Below, in pieces: positions 36,018-45,061 of a stretch of 64,000 nt of DNA. Source of the DNA: a bacterium (GTDB lineage Bacteria; Patescibacteriota; Saccharimonadia; CAILAD01; GCA-016700035); contig JADZGC010000004.1 in the NCBI GenBank assembly GCA_020854115.1, positions 1,665 through 65,664 of the forward strand, in the 5' to 3' direction. The notes beneath the pieces are model-generated. The model worked only from the letters and a program-made list of their open reading frames with translations, searched no databases and was not told the DNA's origin. Made by a program: the position numbers and the translations under genes. Positions within the stretch are counted from its first letter, which is position 1, and the number at the start of each line of letters is the position of its first letter.

Positions 36018-36733
36018 AGCCACTACAAAAAGTCCATATTATTTATCTCTTTCCTCGAGAGATGAATACGTATGGTGATCGCGGGAATGTCCTATGTCTA
36101 CAGAAGCGCCTTGAATGGAGGGGCATAAAGGTAGAGGTGATAGAATTCCATCCTGGAGATCGCGTACCAAAACATTCTGATCTGATATTTATGGGTGGCG
36201 GGCAAGATAGTGGGCAACGTATAGTTGAGCAGTCGATGCTTCAGCTGGCTGGCTGGCTCAAAGATCAGGTGGAGGCCGATACGCCTGCGCTTATGATCTG
36301 TGGAGCATATCAGCTCTTGGGTAGGTACTTCGAAACCCATGAAGGCAATCATATACAGGGTGTAGATATCTTTGATGCGCATACGGTTGCCGGCGATAAG
36401 CGACTTATCGGAAATGTTCGTGTGCAGACTGAGCAGTTTGGGGAATTGATAGGTTTTGAGAATCATTCAGGCAAGACATATCTTGGACCAACCGCGCAGG
36501 CGCTCGGCAGGACACGTAGAGGATCAGGTAATAATGGCAGCGACAGAACAGAGGGGATTGTACATCGAAATTTTGTGGGCACCTACTTGCATGGGCCAAT
36601 CTTGCCTAAGAATCCGCAGCTCGCAGATTGGCTCATAAGTCGTGCGGCCAATATGTCGCATACAGAATTAGCGCAATTCGAGGATAGTTTTGTAGTTCAA
36701 GCGCGAGCGATTGCAGCGCGCCGCCCTCGCTAG
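36014..36733 (+). CDS. gatD: Lipid II isoglutaminyl synthase glutaminase subunit GatD (CobB/CobQ-like GATase)
   Basis: It has the Cys nucleophile LMICGAYQLLG and the His motif YLHGP. Confidence 0.8.
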   Translation: MKPLQKVHIIYLFPREMNTYGDRGNVLCLQKRLEWRGIKVEVIEFHPGDRVPKHSDLIFMGGGQDSGQRIVEQSMLQLAGWLKDQVEADTPALMICGAYQLLGRYFETHEGNHIQGVDIFDAHTVAGDKRLIGNVRVQTEQFGELIGFENHSGKTYLGPTAQALGRTRRGSGNNGSDRTEGIVHRNFVGTYLHGPILPKNPQLADWLISRAANMSHTELAQFEDSFVVQARAIAARRPR

Positions 36734-36856
36734 TGTTCGCGCAGAAAATCGTAGTATTCACTTATTATTTCTACTATAATTTCAGATAAGATACTGGTTT
36801 TTGTCTAAAAAAAGTGTACACTAATGAGTAAGGAATGTAAGAGAGGGTAAAACAAC

Positions 36857-37573
36857 GTGCCACTTGACTCGCTATTTGGTTCAAAGACCCGAGTAAAATT
36901 ATTGAGCCTTTTTTATAACAACCCAGAGCGCCCATTTTATGTGCGTGAGATTACACGCAAGATCAATGAGCAAATCAACTCTGTTCGTCGAGAGCTGCAA
37001 AATCTTTTGAATATTGGCATCGTGCAGTCGGTTAATCAATCAAATCGCCTATACTATGAGGTTGATCCTAGCTTTAAGTTTCATAATGAACTCATGTCGA
37101 TGTTCCAAAAGATCCCTGCCAAGTCTAAAGAGATGAAAGAAACTAAAGAAGAAGACCAGATCCTCAAAAAAGTTCAGAAAGCAGGTAATGTAAAGCTTCT
37201 CTTCCTATCGGGGGCATTCGTGCGAGGGAGTATGCAGAGCGTGGACATGTTTATAGTTGGAGATATGAATAAAGCACGCCTGGCTCAGATTATCGAATCT
37301 CTCGAGCAATCTATGAATCGTGAACTGAACTATGCGGCGCTGAGGGTTGAAGATTTTGACTATCGACGCAACCTCAACGATCGCTTCGTACTTGATATGC
37401 TTGATGCACGTAAGATCGTACTGAAAGATGACCTAGGTATCTTTGCTAGTCAGAAGACCGAAGGAGCAACATCATCACAGGAGCAAGGTGCCTCTATTCC
37501 ACCGGTAACAGTTAATGTGTCGGCTCCCAACTCAGAGATCACAACCGAAGAGGCAATGCGTCTCGCTAAATAA
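36857..37573 (+). CDS. Putative transcriptional regulator (N-terminal wHTH + C-terminal nucleotidyltransferase-like domain)
   Basis: It starts on GTG. The HTH region is ERPFYVREITRKINEQINSVRRELQNLLNIGIV. Confidence 0.45.
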   Translation: MPLDSLFGSKTRVKLLSLFYNNPERPFYVREITRKINEQINSVRRELQNLLNIGIVQSVNQSNRLYYEVDPSFKFHNELMSMFQKIPAKSKEMKETKEEDQILKKVQKAGNVKLLFLSGAFVRGSMQSVDMFIVGDMNKARLAQIIESLEQSMNRELNYAALRVEDFDYRRNLNDRFVLDMLDARKIVLKDDLGIFASQKTEGATSSQEQGASIPPVTVNVSAPNSEITTEEAMRLAK

Positions 37574-37653
37574 ACGATGTAATAAATACATCATACATAG
37601 TGTAGTCTATATTCTGCATCCCTGATCTGATATACTCCTAGAAGCAAAAAGGA

Positions 37654-38193
37654 GTGGAGATGGAAATTAAGCGCATAGATGCTCGGCATATTGAATTGAC
37701 CCTAGGCCGTAAGGCGGTAGCCATAGGACCAGAAGGCGGACGGTCAGGCGATGTAGTGCTGTATACGCAGATTCCAAAGCAAGATGTTGCAATGCGGCCA
37801 GGAGTATTCTTTGAGCCTGGTGAATACGAGGTTCAGGGCATTATGGTGGATGGCGTGAAGTCTGATGATGGCCTGGTGTCTTATCATATCGTGCAGGACG
37901 GCATCATGATCGCTGCGGTTGCCTTACGGACCGTTGCTGCGCTAACAGATGAGGTGATCGAGTACCTGCAGCCTTCGCAGGTATTGTGCATTTGGCTTGA
38001 AGAAGGCAAAGCGAGTGATCTGGCAGACCTCTTGGCCAAGCTAGAGGCCTCTATTGTGGTACCAGTAGGATTGCCTTTTGAGTCTGGCGAGCTCGAAGCA
38101 GTTGTCAAAATGCCCCAAGAATCAACTGAGCAGATTAAGATATCATCAAAAGATATATCATTTGATCAGCCCAAACTCTATATATTGCAGTAG
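37654..38193 (+). CDS. Hypothetical protein (179 aa)
   Basis: SD GGAGTGGAG precedes the ATG. No confident domain was found; it may have a degenerate MBL-like fold. Confidence 0.4.
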   Translation: MEMEIKRIDARHIELTLGRKAVAIGPEGGRSGDVVLYTQIPKQDVAMRPGVFFEPGEYEVQGIMVDGVKSDDGLVSYHIVQDGIMIAAVALRTVAALTDEVIEYLQPSQVLCIWLEEGKASDLADLLAKLEASIVVPVGLPFESGELEAVVKMPQESTEQIKISSKDISFDQPKLYILQ

Positions 38194-38207
38194 AACCTAA
38201 TGTGATA

Positions 38208-38237
38208 CTAGAAAAGCCCCTTATGGGGCTTTTCTAG
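38208..38237. terminator. Palindromic bidirectional terminator ctagaaaagcccc-ttat-ggggcttttctag
   Basis: It has a 13-bp perfect stem. It lies between the convergent 37654 gene and rpmB. Confidence 0.7.
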
Positions 38238-38258
38238 TTAAGTGGAAATGGCTGGAGG

Positions 38259-38477
38259 CTACTTGGTAGTGAGTTCGGTCTTAGCGAGGTTGCGTTCGTG
38301 CTTTCGCAAGCTGCGAATCGTAGATGCAGCGAGTTGTACACGAACCTTCTGTCCATTTATGATCAGAGTTTTCTTCTGTAGATTTGGACGCCAAACCTTA
38401 GGCGTATGTCGCATCGAGTGGCTGACATTGCGCCCGAAAAGCTTTCCCTTACCTGTAATATCACATTTACTTGCCAT
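38259..38477 (-). CDS. rpmB: 50S ribosomal protein L28
   Basis: The N-terminus reads MASKCDITGKGKLFGRNVSHSMRHTPKVWRPNLQKK. Confidence 0.85.
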   Translation of the reverse strand: MASKCDITGKGKLFGRNVSHSMRHTPKVWRPNLQKKTLIINGQKVRVQLAASTIRSLRKHERNLAKTELTTK

Positions 38478-38577
38478 GGATTTTTCCTAACCAAGAGAGT
38501 ATAGCAGGTTCGGCCAAAAACTGCAACCCATATAGATATGTCAGCGCAGTCCTCTTGAATCGGGTATACTGGCATAT

Positions 38578-39198
38578 ATGGATCTTATCGAAATTGTTCG
38601 ACTGCTATTTATATATGTTATCGCTATCACGATACATGAGTTTAGTCATGCGTGGGCAGGGTATAAGCTAGGAGACCCTACAGCACGTATTCAGGGGCGA
38701 TTGACTCTGAACCCAGCTGCGCACATTGATCCTCTGACCACACTCGCACTACCATTTATGTTGCTCTTGATGGGGAGTCCGATTATCTTTGGAGCTGCCC
38801 GACCAGTGCCATTTAACCCATATATGGTGCGATATGGTCGCAAGGGGGCTGCACTCATAGCAATCGCTGGACCGGCTAGCAATCTGATATTGGCTGCAGG
38901 TGTGGCGCTAGTAGTGCGGTTCGTGCCTTTGCTCGCCGAATTTGGCGGTGGCTTACTAATAAATATGTTAGTTATCAATATCGCATTAGCACTCTTCAAT
39001 CTCATACCAATTCCGCCGCTTGATGGGTCGCGTGTGGTCTATGCCTTTGCACCAACTCGTGTGATGGAGGCGATGGAGCAATTTGAGCGTACGGGTCCAA
39101 TTGCTCTGATGATTATTTTCTTCCTGGTCTATCCATTAATATCCGGTCCGCTGGCTGCTGCCGTCACTTCAGTTACGCGGTTGCTTCTAGGCATTTAA
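38578..39198 (+). CDS. Site-2 protease family (M50-like) zinc metalloprotease
   Basis: HEFSHAW (HExxH) lies within a TM helix. The protein is polytopic. Confidence 0.7.
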   Translation: MDLIEIVRLLFIYVIAITIHEFSHAWAGYKLGDPTARIQGRLTLNPAAHIDPLTTLALPFMLLLMGSPIIFGAARPVPFNPYMVRYGRKGAALIAIAGPASNLILAAGVALVVRFVPLLAEFGGGLLINMLVINIALALFNLIPIPPLDGSRVVYAFAPTRVMEAMEQFERTGPIALMIIFFLVYPLISGPLAAAVTSVTRLLLGI

Positions 39199-39400
39199 AC
39201 GGGTGAGGGTCAGCTCTGATATAATGGCTGTAGACTCCGCAAGCGCACGATAAAGAACTCATGTATCTTTTCTGCTTACGTATTGAAACGGGAGCTTTAG
39301 ATTGCTAACCTGATGACTTGCTCTCGGGCTTATGCTGCGAGCACCCACCTGGTTTGTTGCCAGGGAAGATACCGTTCTCGACGCTTGGGGAGTTTTTGAT

Positions 39401-39946
39401 TTATAGTCCGAAATGCCTACGCCAGGTGGAGGGTTTGGATATGGTGTCGGCACGTAAGAAATCTATATATTGTGCGACCTTGTAATAGTTGGCTATCTGG
39501 TGGACTGCCCTTGATGTGTCATATGGGTAGATCCAGAGGGCAGGAGCATAACGTCGAAAGCCGATACGTTTGAGCTCAATAATAAATTGGTTACGTGCAA
39601 TTTTTTTAGATTCAGGTATCTGGTAGGTGACAAAGTGCCAGCGCTGGTTCCAGGTAGCAGGACGTTTGGCGGCGGCAATGCGATAGTGAGATAGTTGTAG
39701 CTTTTGCTTGCCGGCTACGGTGAGTCGATAGATACGTTCGGATTCGATAGAGCCAAGAGTAATGTCGCCTTGTTTTACGAGTAGAGCTAGGGTGTCCTTG
39801 ATGCGCGCGCGGGGAGCACGGTCTGACCCCCAGCTGAATAGCTCGAGGAGGCCACGGTCTTTAAGTAACTGCGACTCGGTAGTAACATCACTATTCCCGA
39901 TCTTGGCGAGAAGGGTATGGGACTTATTGGGCTGCTTGATTTTCAT
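39401..39946 (-). CDS. PaaX-like domain protein (CPR-typical)
   Basis: The motif WHFVTYQIPESKKIARNQFIIELKRIGFRRYAPALWIYP matches the PaaX N-terminal/Cas2-like fold. Confidence 0.55.
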   Translation of the reverse strand: MKIKQPNKSHTLLAKIGNSDVTTESQLLKDRGLLELFSWGSDRAPRARIKDTLALLVKQGDITLGSIESERIYRLTVAGKQKLQLSHYRIAAAKRPATWNQRWHFVTYQIPESKKIARNQFIIELKRIGFRRYAPALWIYPYDTSRAVHQIANYYKVAQYIDFLRADTISKPSTWRRHFGL

Positions 39947-40009
39947 GCTTAAGCACTATTATTATGTATATATCTAGGCCGGTCAAGTGGCGCGTCAGAT
40001 CATGAAAGC

Positions 40010-40018
40010 TGGTACAAT
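40010..40018 (+). promoter_or_regulatory. extended -10 element TGGTACAAT upstream of tRNA-Pro/purF
   Basis: The sequence aagctggtacaat is identical over 13 nt to that at 13869-13881. Confidence 0.35.
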
Positions 40019-40037
40019 GGGGACAACAGGAAATTAA

Positions 40038-40114
40038 CGGGGTGTGGCGCAGGTGGCTAGCGCGTACGGCTGGGGGCCGTGAGGTCGCAGGTTCAAGTCC
40101 TGTCACCCCGACCA
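40038..40114 (+). tRNA. tRNA-Pro (anticodon GGG)
   Basis: The cloverleaf is CGGGGTG...CTGGGGG...CACCCCG-A-CCA, with the C1-G72 pair typical of tRNA-Pro. Confidence 0.9.
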
Positions 40115-40134
40115 CGATTACTGAGAGGAGGTAC

Positions 40135-41556
40135 ATGGATCTTCAGGGAGAAAAGTGTGGAGTATTTGGAGTATATGCACCTGGAGAAGATGTTGCTCGA
40201 CTGACGTATTATGGGCTCTCTGCCTTGCAGCATCGCGGACAAGAGAGTTCGGGGATTGTGACGACTGATGGCGATCGCTTTTATACCCATAAAAAGCCTG
40301 GCCTTGTTGCACAAGTATTTAATGATGAAGCCCTTTCTACGCTCAAGGGCTTCGCAGCCATCGGGCATAACCGATACGCTACATCAGGGGGTAAGCATGA
40401 TGCACATGCGCAACCTGTGCTGCGCGGTGATGACGTGATAGCTTTGGCGCATAATGGGAATTTGCCCTCTACTACTGAGCTCGAGAAGTTCTTGCGATCA
40501 AAGAAACTCCTGAAGCAGGGCAGTAATGACACTGAGATGATGGCCGACGTGATCAGATATTGGCGTTATCATGGCAAGAACCCAGTCGAAGCGCTGCAGC
40601 TTGCTTGGCCACTGTTTACAGGGGCTTTTTCATGTCTGATGTTAAGCCAGCATCGCTTGATAGCCTTTCGCGATAGTCGTGGCATACGCCCACTGTCGAT
40701 TGGCCGATTGCCGGGTGGAGGATATGTGATCGCCTCTGAAACGTGCGCCTTTGATATCATTGGGGCTTCGTATGAGCGTGACGTGCGGCCTGGTGAATTG
40801 ATTGAAATAAAAAACGGTGAGTTGCAATCGATCCAGATCGAGGAGCCGGATGAAAGGCTCGAAGTATTTGAATATATTTACTTCGCTCGACCCGATAGCT
40901 TACTCCAGGGGCAACGGGTGAATGAAGTGCGCCGTCGCTTGGGCGTGAAGCTGGCACAGGAACAGCCAGTACGCGCCGATGTAGTTATACCGGTCCCTGA
41001 TTCCGCTATACCGGCTGCGCTTGGGTTCGCTCAGGAATCATGTATCGAATTCGACCACGGACTTATCAAGAATCGCTATATTCACCGCACGTTTATTACG
41101 CCTGATCAGACCCTGCGAGAGCGAGCAGTTGCCATGAAGCTCAACCCCCTTCCAGAGGTCGTTGCCGGCAAGAATGTGGTATTGATTGATGATTCTATTG
41201 TGCGCGGTACAACTACGAAGCAGATCATCGCGCTTGTGCGAGCTGCCGGAGCAAAGACCGTGCATGTGCGTGTCAGCTCGCCCCCAGTGCTGTATCCAGA
41301 CTTCTATGGTATAGATACCCCAGATCAATCAAAATTGATTGCTTCGGAGCTTCGTGCGACGCGCAAAGTCGGAGCAGCAATTGGGGCTGATAGTTTGGGG
41401 TATTTATCAGTTGAAGGTATGCTTGAGGCGATTGATCGTCCTAAGGATTCGTTGTGTTTAGCATGCTTTACGGGAGAATATCCAATTGATCTTCGCGAGC
41501 GCACCGACGAAGTGCAGATGATTGATTCCAAGCAGCCGGTAAATGCGGTAGCATAG
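40135..41556 (+). CDS. purF: Amidophosphoribosyltransferase PurF (with 8-aa propeptide before the catalytic Cys)
   Basis: It starts MDLQGEKCGVFGVYA, where the catalytic Cys follows an 8-aa propeptide. The PRTase motif VVLIDDSIVRGTT is present. SD GAGAGGAGG precedes the start. The gene lies 20 nt after tRNA-Pro. Confidence 0.9.
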   Translation: MDLQGEKCGVFGVYAPGEDVARLTYYGLSALQHRGQESSGIVTTDGDRFYTHKKPGLVAQVFNDEALSTLKGFAAIGHNRYATSGGKHDAHAQPVLRGDDVIALAHNGNLPSTTELEKFLRSKKLLKQGSNDTEMMADVIRYWRYHGKNPVEALQLAWPLFTGAFSCLMLSQHRLIAFRDSRGIRPLSIGRLPGGGYVIASETCAFDIIGASYERDVRPGELIEIKNGELQSIQIEEPDERLEVFEYIYFARPDSLLQGQRVNEVRRRLGVKLAQEQPVRADVVIPVPDSAIPAALGFAQESCIEFDHGLIKNRYIHRTFITPDQTLRERAVAMKLNPLPEVVAGKNVVLIDDSIVRGTTTKQIIALVRAAGAKTVHVRVSSPPVLYPDFYGIDTPDQSKLIASELRATRKVGAAIGADSLGYLSVEGMLEAIDRPKDSLCLACFTGEYPIDLRERTDEVQMIDSKQPVNAVA

Positions 41557-41563
41557 TACGAGT

Positions 41564-41971
41564 ATGGCAAGCATTTTTACTAAGATTCGACAGCACGAGA
41601 TACCGGGTGAGATTATTTATCAGGACTCAACGGTCTTTATTATTCTGACGATTCGACCGCATACCTCGGGGCATAGCCTGGTGATACCTGTCGCGGAAGA
41701 GCCTGATTTTCAAGAGCTTCCAGAGGATCAATACACACGCCTTATGGCAGTAACTCGACAATATGCTCAGGCGCTTCGAGCAATTTATCAGTCACCAAAG
41801 GTTGCACTGGTTGCGATGGGTCTGGAGGTGGCGCATACGCACTTGCACGTATTTCCTCTGTATACCGAGGACGATATAAACATCTCTCGAGCACACACAG
41901 TGAGCTCAGAAGAATTAAAAGAAGAAGCTGATAAGATACGGTCATATCTCAAGGAGCATCCAATACAGTGA
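41564..41971 (+). CDS. HIT family protein (histidine triad hydrolase)
   Basis: The histidine triad HTHLHVFP is present. The length is 135 aa. Confidence 0.8.
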   Translation: MASIFTKIRQHEIPGEIIYQDSTVFIILTIRPHTSGHSLVIPVAEEPDFQELPEDQYTRLMAVTRQYAQALRAIYQSPKVALVAMGLEVAHTHLHVFPLYTEDDINISRAHTVSSEELKEEADKIRSYLKEHPIQ

Positions 41972-42750
41972 TCGCAATTGCAATATTGCTAGGTTTAGTA
42001 CAGGCGCTTACTGAATTTCTGCCGATATCGTCAAGCGCACATCTCCTGATCATTCCGTGGCTGTTCAATTTTCCAGGCCTGGGCCTGGCATTTGATGCAT
42101 CCTTACATATCGGGACGTCGACCGCATTGATCTGGTATTTTTGGAGTGACTTCGTAAAGATCGTGCGTGAACGAGGTGAGTTACCTTGGATGATCTTGAT
42201 TGCATCTATTCCCGGTGGGGTGGTTGGATTTTTTGGCGAGAAGATCATAGACCAGGTCTTTCACGAAGGGTCAGCTGCAATATTGATATCCGCAATCGGT
42301 ATCTTGGTCGCCACAACGGTAATCTGGGTTATTGATCGGAATGCCCGAGAACGCAAGACGTTTGAGCAACTCGTACGCCGTGATGCGATGTTCATTGGTA
42401 TTGGTCAGGCACTTGCCTTAATCCCCGGCGTATCTCGATCTGGCGCCACCATTGCTGCGGGTCTTGCAGTGGGGCTCAAGCGCGAAGAGGCAGCACGATT
42501 TAGCTTCTTGATCGGTACTCCTATGGCGCTGGGCGCGGGCCTATATAAGATGCTCGGCATCGTACAGTCTCAGCCAACGGGCATGGAGCTAGCTCAGATG
42601 GGCGTGGGCATACTGGTGTCTGCGCTGGGTGGTTTCATTGTTATCCGTTGGCTGCTAGCATACCTTAAGCATCATGACCTGAGAGTGTTCTTGCTCTATC
42701 GTGCGGTGTTTGCAGTACTTGTGCTAATCGTGTTGTGGCAGAGGTGGTAG
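41968..42750 (+). CDS. uppP: Undecaprenyl-diphosphate phosphatase UppP/BacA
   Basis: It has LTEFLPISSSAHL and SRSGATI, with 8 TM helices. Confidence 0.9.
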   Translation: MIAIAILLGLVQALTEFLPISSSAHLLIIPWLFNFPGLGLAFDASLHIGTSTALIWYFWSDFVKIVRERGELPWMILIASIPGGVVGFFGEKIIDQVFHEGSAAILISAIGILVATTVIWVIDRNARERKTFEQLVRRDAMFIGIGQALALIPGVSRSGATIAAGLAVGLKREEAARFSFLIGTPMALGAGLYKMLGIVQSQPTGMELAQMGVGILVSALGGFIVIRWLLAYLKHHDLRVFLLYRAVFAVLVLIVLWQRW

Positions 42751-42754
42751 GAAG

Positions 42755-43159
42755 ATGGTAGCGCGCATTCACTGTGATGGTGGCTCTCGCGGTAATCCGG
42801 GTCCTGCCGCCGCCGGCTCAGTCCTACTTGATGATCAAGGGCAAGTCATTGACACCCTGAGCGAGTATATGGGCATCGCAACCAATAATCTGGCAGAGTA
42901 CCAGGCTGTGTTGCTTGGGATAGAGCTGATGCGCAAGCATCAATTAGCCGAAGCCAACTTCTACCTCGATAGCCAGCTCGTTGTAAGGCAGTTAGAGGGC
43001 CAGTATAAGGTCAAGCACCCAGACATGCAGCGACAGTATGCGGCCGTACAAGAGGCCTTACGGGGCCTAACGGTTCGCTTCCATCACGTCCTGCGCGAGC
43101 ACAATAAGGATGCTGATGCAGCAGTGAATGCCTGCTTGGACGCGCATAGTGATAACTAG
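42755..43159 (+). CDS. rnhA: Ribonuclease HI
   Basis: It has the DGGSRGNPGPAA ... LAEYQAV ... HNKDAD catalytic DEDD-type core. Confidence 0.8.
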   Translation: MVARIHCDGGSRGNPGPAAAGSVLLDDQGQVIDTLSEYMGIATNNLAEYQAVLLGIELMRKHQLAEANFYLDSQLVVRQLEGQYKVKHPDMQRQYAAVQEALRGLTVRFHHVLREHNKDADAAVNACLDAHSDN

Positions 43160-43190
43160 ACAAATATAGATTAATATAGTAAAATAATGT

Positions 43191-43580
43191 AGCAAGCAAG
43201 TAGGCAGCCGCCCAATATTTTGGGAGGAAAGTCCGAACAGCTCGAGTGCATGGTGGTCGCTAACGGCGACCCGGGGTAACCCGAGGGATAGTGCCACAGA
43301 AACGATACCGCCGACTCTATGTCGGTAAGGGTGAAACGAGTGCGGCAAGAGCGCACAGTGCTGTATGGTGACATACGGTAATGGTAAACCCCACCTGCTG
43401 CAAGGCTTATGGATCCTTGATTCTTCGTGAATCAGAGCGCACTCGCTCTTTAAATGGATACGTCGCACGATCGTAGGCGAACTACGACGCTGGCCGATCT
43501 ACGATCGGTCAGAGAGAGATGGCTGCCCATCACGAGATAGGCTCGTTGATGACAGAATTCGGCTTATCGCTTGCTTGTCC
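43191..43580 (+). ncRNA. rnpB: RNase P RNA (bacterial type A)
   Basis: It carries the universally conserved P4, J11/12 and J18/2 elements: GGAGGAAAGTCCG, GTGCCACAGAAA...ACCGCC, GTAAGGGTGAAA...GTGCGGCAAGAGCGCAC, GGTAAACCCCACC and ACAGAATTCGGCTTATCG. P1 pairs agcaagcaag with cttgcttg. Confidence 0.8.
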
Positions 43581-43626
43581 GCATAAGAACTCATGCTCAG
43601 TGAGTCTTTATGCAGGGTCATCAGGT

Positions 43627-43635
43627 TGGTACAAT
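43627..43635 (+). promoter_or_regulatory. extended -10 element TGGTACAAT, 8 nt upstream of the sugar-transferase ATG (leaderless)
   Basis: It was seen directly. This is the third copy of the motif. Confidence 0.35.
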
Positions 43636-43643
43636 AGATACAG

Positions 43644-45056
43644 ATGCGCAAACGTAGCGAACTATTATTTAACTTGCTTCTGATACCGCTCGATGCGGGG
43701 GCTTTGATTGCAAGCTGGGTGCTTGCATATATCATTCGCGTTGAATATACGCTCAAGCCTACGGTCTACAATATCCCTGGCTATGACTATCTCGGCGCTA
43801 TGGTAGCGCTTGTGCCTGTTAGTGTAGCGCTATTTGCTGTGGTTGGTTTATATAGCTTCGACTCGACTCGTAGTCGATGGGTCGAATACGGAAAAGTTGT
43901 TGCGGCTGTTTCTGCGAGCACGATGTTCTTAATTATCGTAGACTTTTTTACAACAAAGCCACTTTTCCCATCTAAGGCGGTCGTGATATATGGCCTCGTC
44001 ATTTCTCTCTTGTCGGTGATTGTAGTACGATTTGTACTCAATAGCTTTCAGCGATGGCTGTTTCGCTTTGGTATAGGGCGACGGCGAGTAGTAGTCATTG
44101 GCTCTGGTGAGATGGCAGACAATCTTACCTATGCCTATCAAAAGCAACGAGGCTATGTGCTGGCTGGGATCATCCCGCATGCAAAGTCAGAATATACAAA
44201 GTTAGAAGCTTTGTTGAAGCAGAGATTAGTCGATGAGGTCGTACTTGCGGAATACGATGTTTCGGCTGAGAAACAACTTCAGTACATCACGCTAACTCAT
44301 GAGCATCATGTTGGATATAAGTTTGTGCCGACTATAGCTGGGCTCTTCCAGACGCGATCGCAGTCGGAGTTAGTTGCTGAGCTTCCATTGATTGAGGTCG
44401 TGCGCACACCACTTGATGGGTGGTGGCGAATTTATAAGGCAATACTTGATTATTGTATGGCAATTGTCGTGACACTAATATTGACTCCGATTATGCTTGC
44501 GATAGCGCTAGTTATCAAGTTAACGGACAGGGGGCCGGTGTTTTATCGACATGAACGGATTGGGCGTGATGGTAAGAAAATTCAAGTTTGGAAATTTCGT
44601 AGTATGTATACGAAATTCTCGACAGGTGCTGGCTACTCTGGAAAGAGCGACAAAGAAATTCTCGAGCAGCTTGGGAGCAAGAAGTTGGCCGCTGAATTCG
44701 CCAAAGAACAGAAACTTAAAGATGACCCACGAGTAACGCCAATCGGTAAGTTCTTGCGCAAGACGAGCCTGGATGAGCTCCCGCAAATTATCAATGTTCT
44801 TCGAGGCGAACTCAGTATCATTGGTCCTCGTCCGGTAGTTGAAGCCGAGCTGAAGCGGTACGGAGATAAGCGTGCAACATTCTTGCTCATTAAGCCGGGG
44901 ATTACAGGCCTCTGGCAGGTATCTGGTAGAAATGACATCTCGTACGAAAATCGCGTGAAGCTTGATGTATACTACGTCGAACACTGGAGTGCTTGGCAAG
45001 ATATTCGGATTCTCTTTCGCACTGTTTTGGTGATCTTCGGGCGAAAAGGATATTAG
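43644..45056 (+). CDS. Polyprenyl glycosylphosphotransferase (bacterial sugar transferase, WbaP/EpsL-like)
   Basis: Four N-terminal TM helices precede the C-terminal catalytic domain PRPVVEAELKRYGDKRATFLLIKPGITGLWQVSGRN. Confidence 0.85.
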   Translation: MRKRSELLFNLLLIPLDAGALIASWVLAYIIRVEYTLKPTVYNIPGYDYLGAMVALVPVSVALFAVVGLYSFDSTRSRWVEYGKVVAAVSASTMFLIIVDFFTTKPLFPSKAVVIYGLVISLLSVIVVRFVLNSFQRWLFRFGIGRRRVVVIGSGEMADNLTYAYQKQRGYVLAGIIPHAKSEYTKLEALLKQRLVDEVVLAEYDVSAEKQLQYITLTHEHHVGYKFVPTIAGLFQTRSQSELVAELPLIEVVRTPLDGWWRIYKAILDYCMAIVVTLILTPIMLAIALVIKLTDRGPVFYRHERIGRDGKKIQVWKFRSMYTKFSTGAGYSGKSDKEILEQLGSKKLAAEFAKEQKLKDDPRVTPIGKFLRKTSLDELPQIINVLRGELSIIGPRPVVEAELKRYGDKRATFLLIKPGITGLWQVSGRNDISYENRVKLDVYYVEHWSAWQDIRILFRTVLVIFGRKGY

Positions 45057-45061
45057 GGCGC

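Noticed and set aside
43067-43756. ORFs of 62-133 aa on the minus strand across 43067-43756.
   Set aside because: They overlap the RNase P RNA gene, whose conserved structural motifs explain the region. There is no coding signal.
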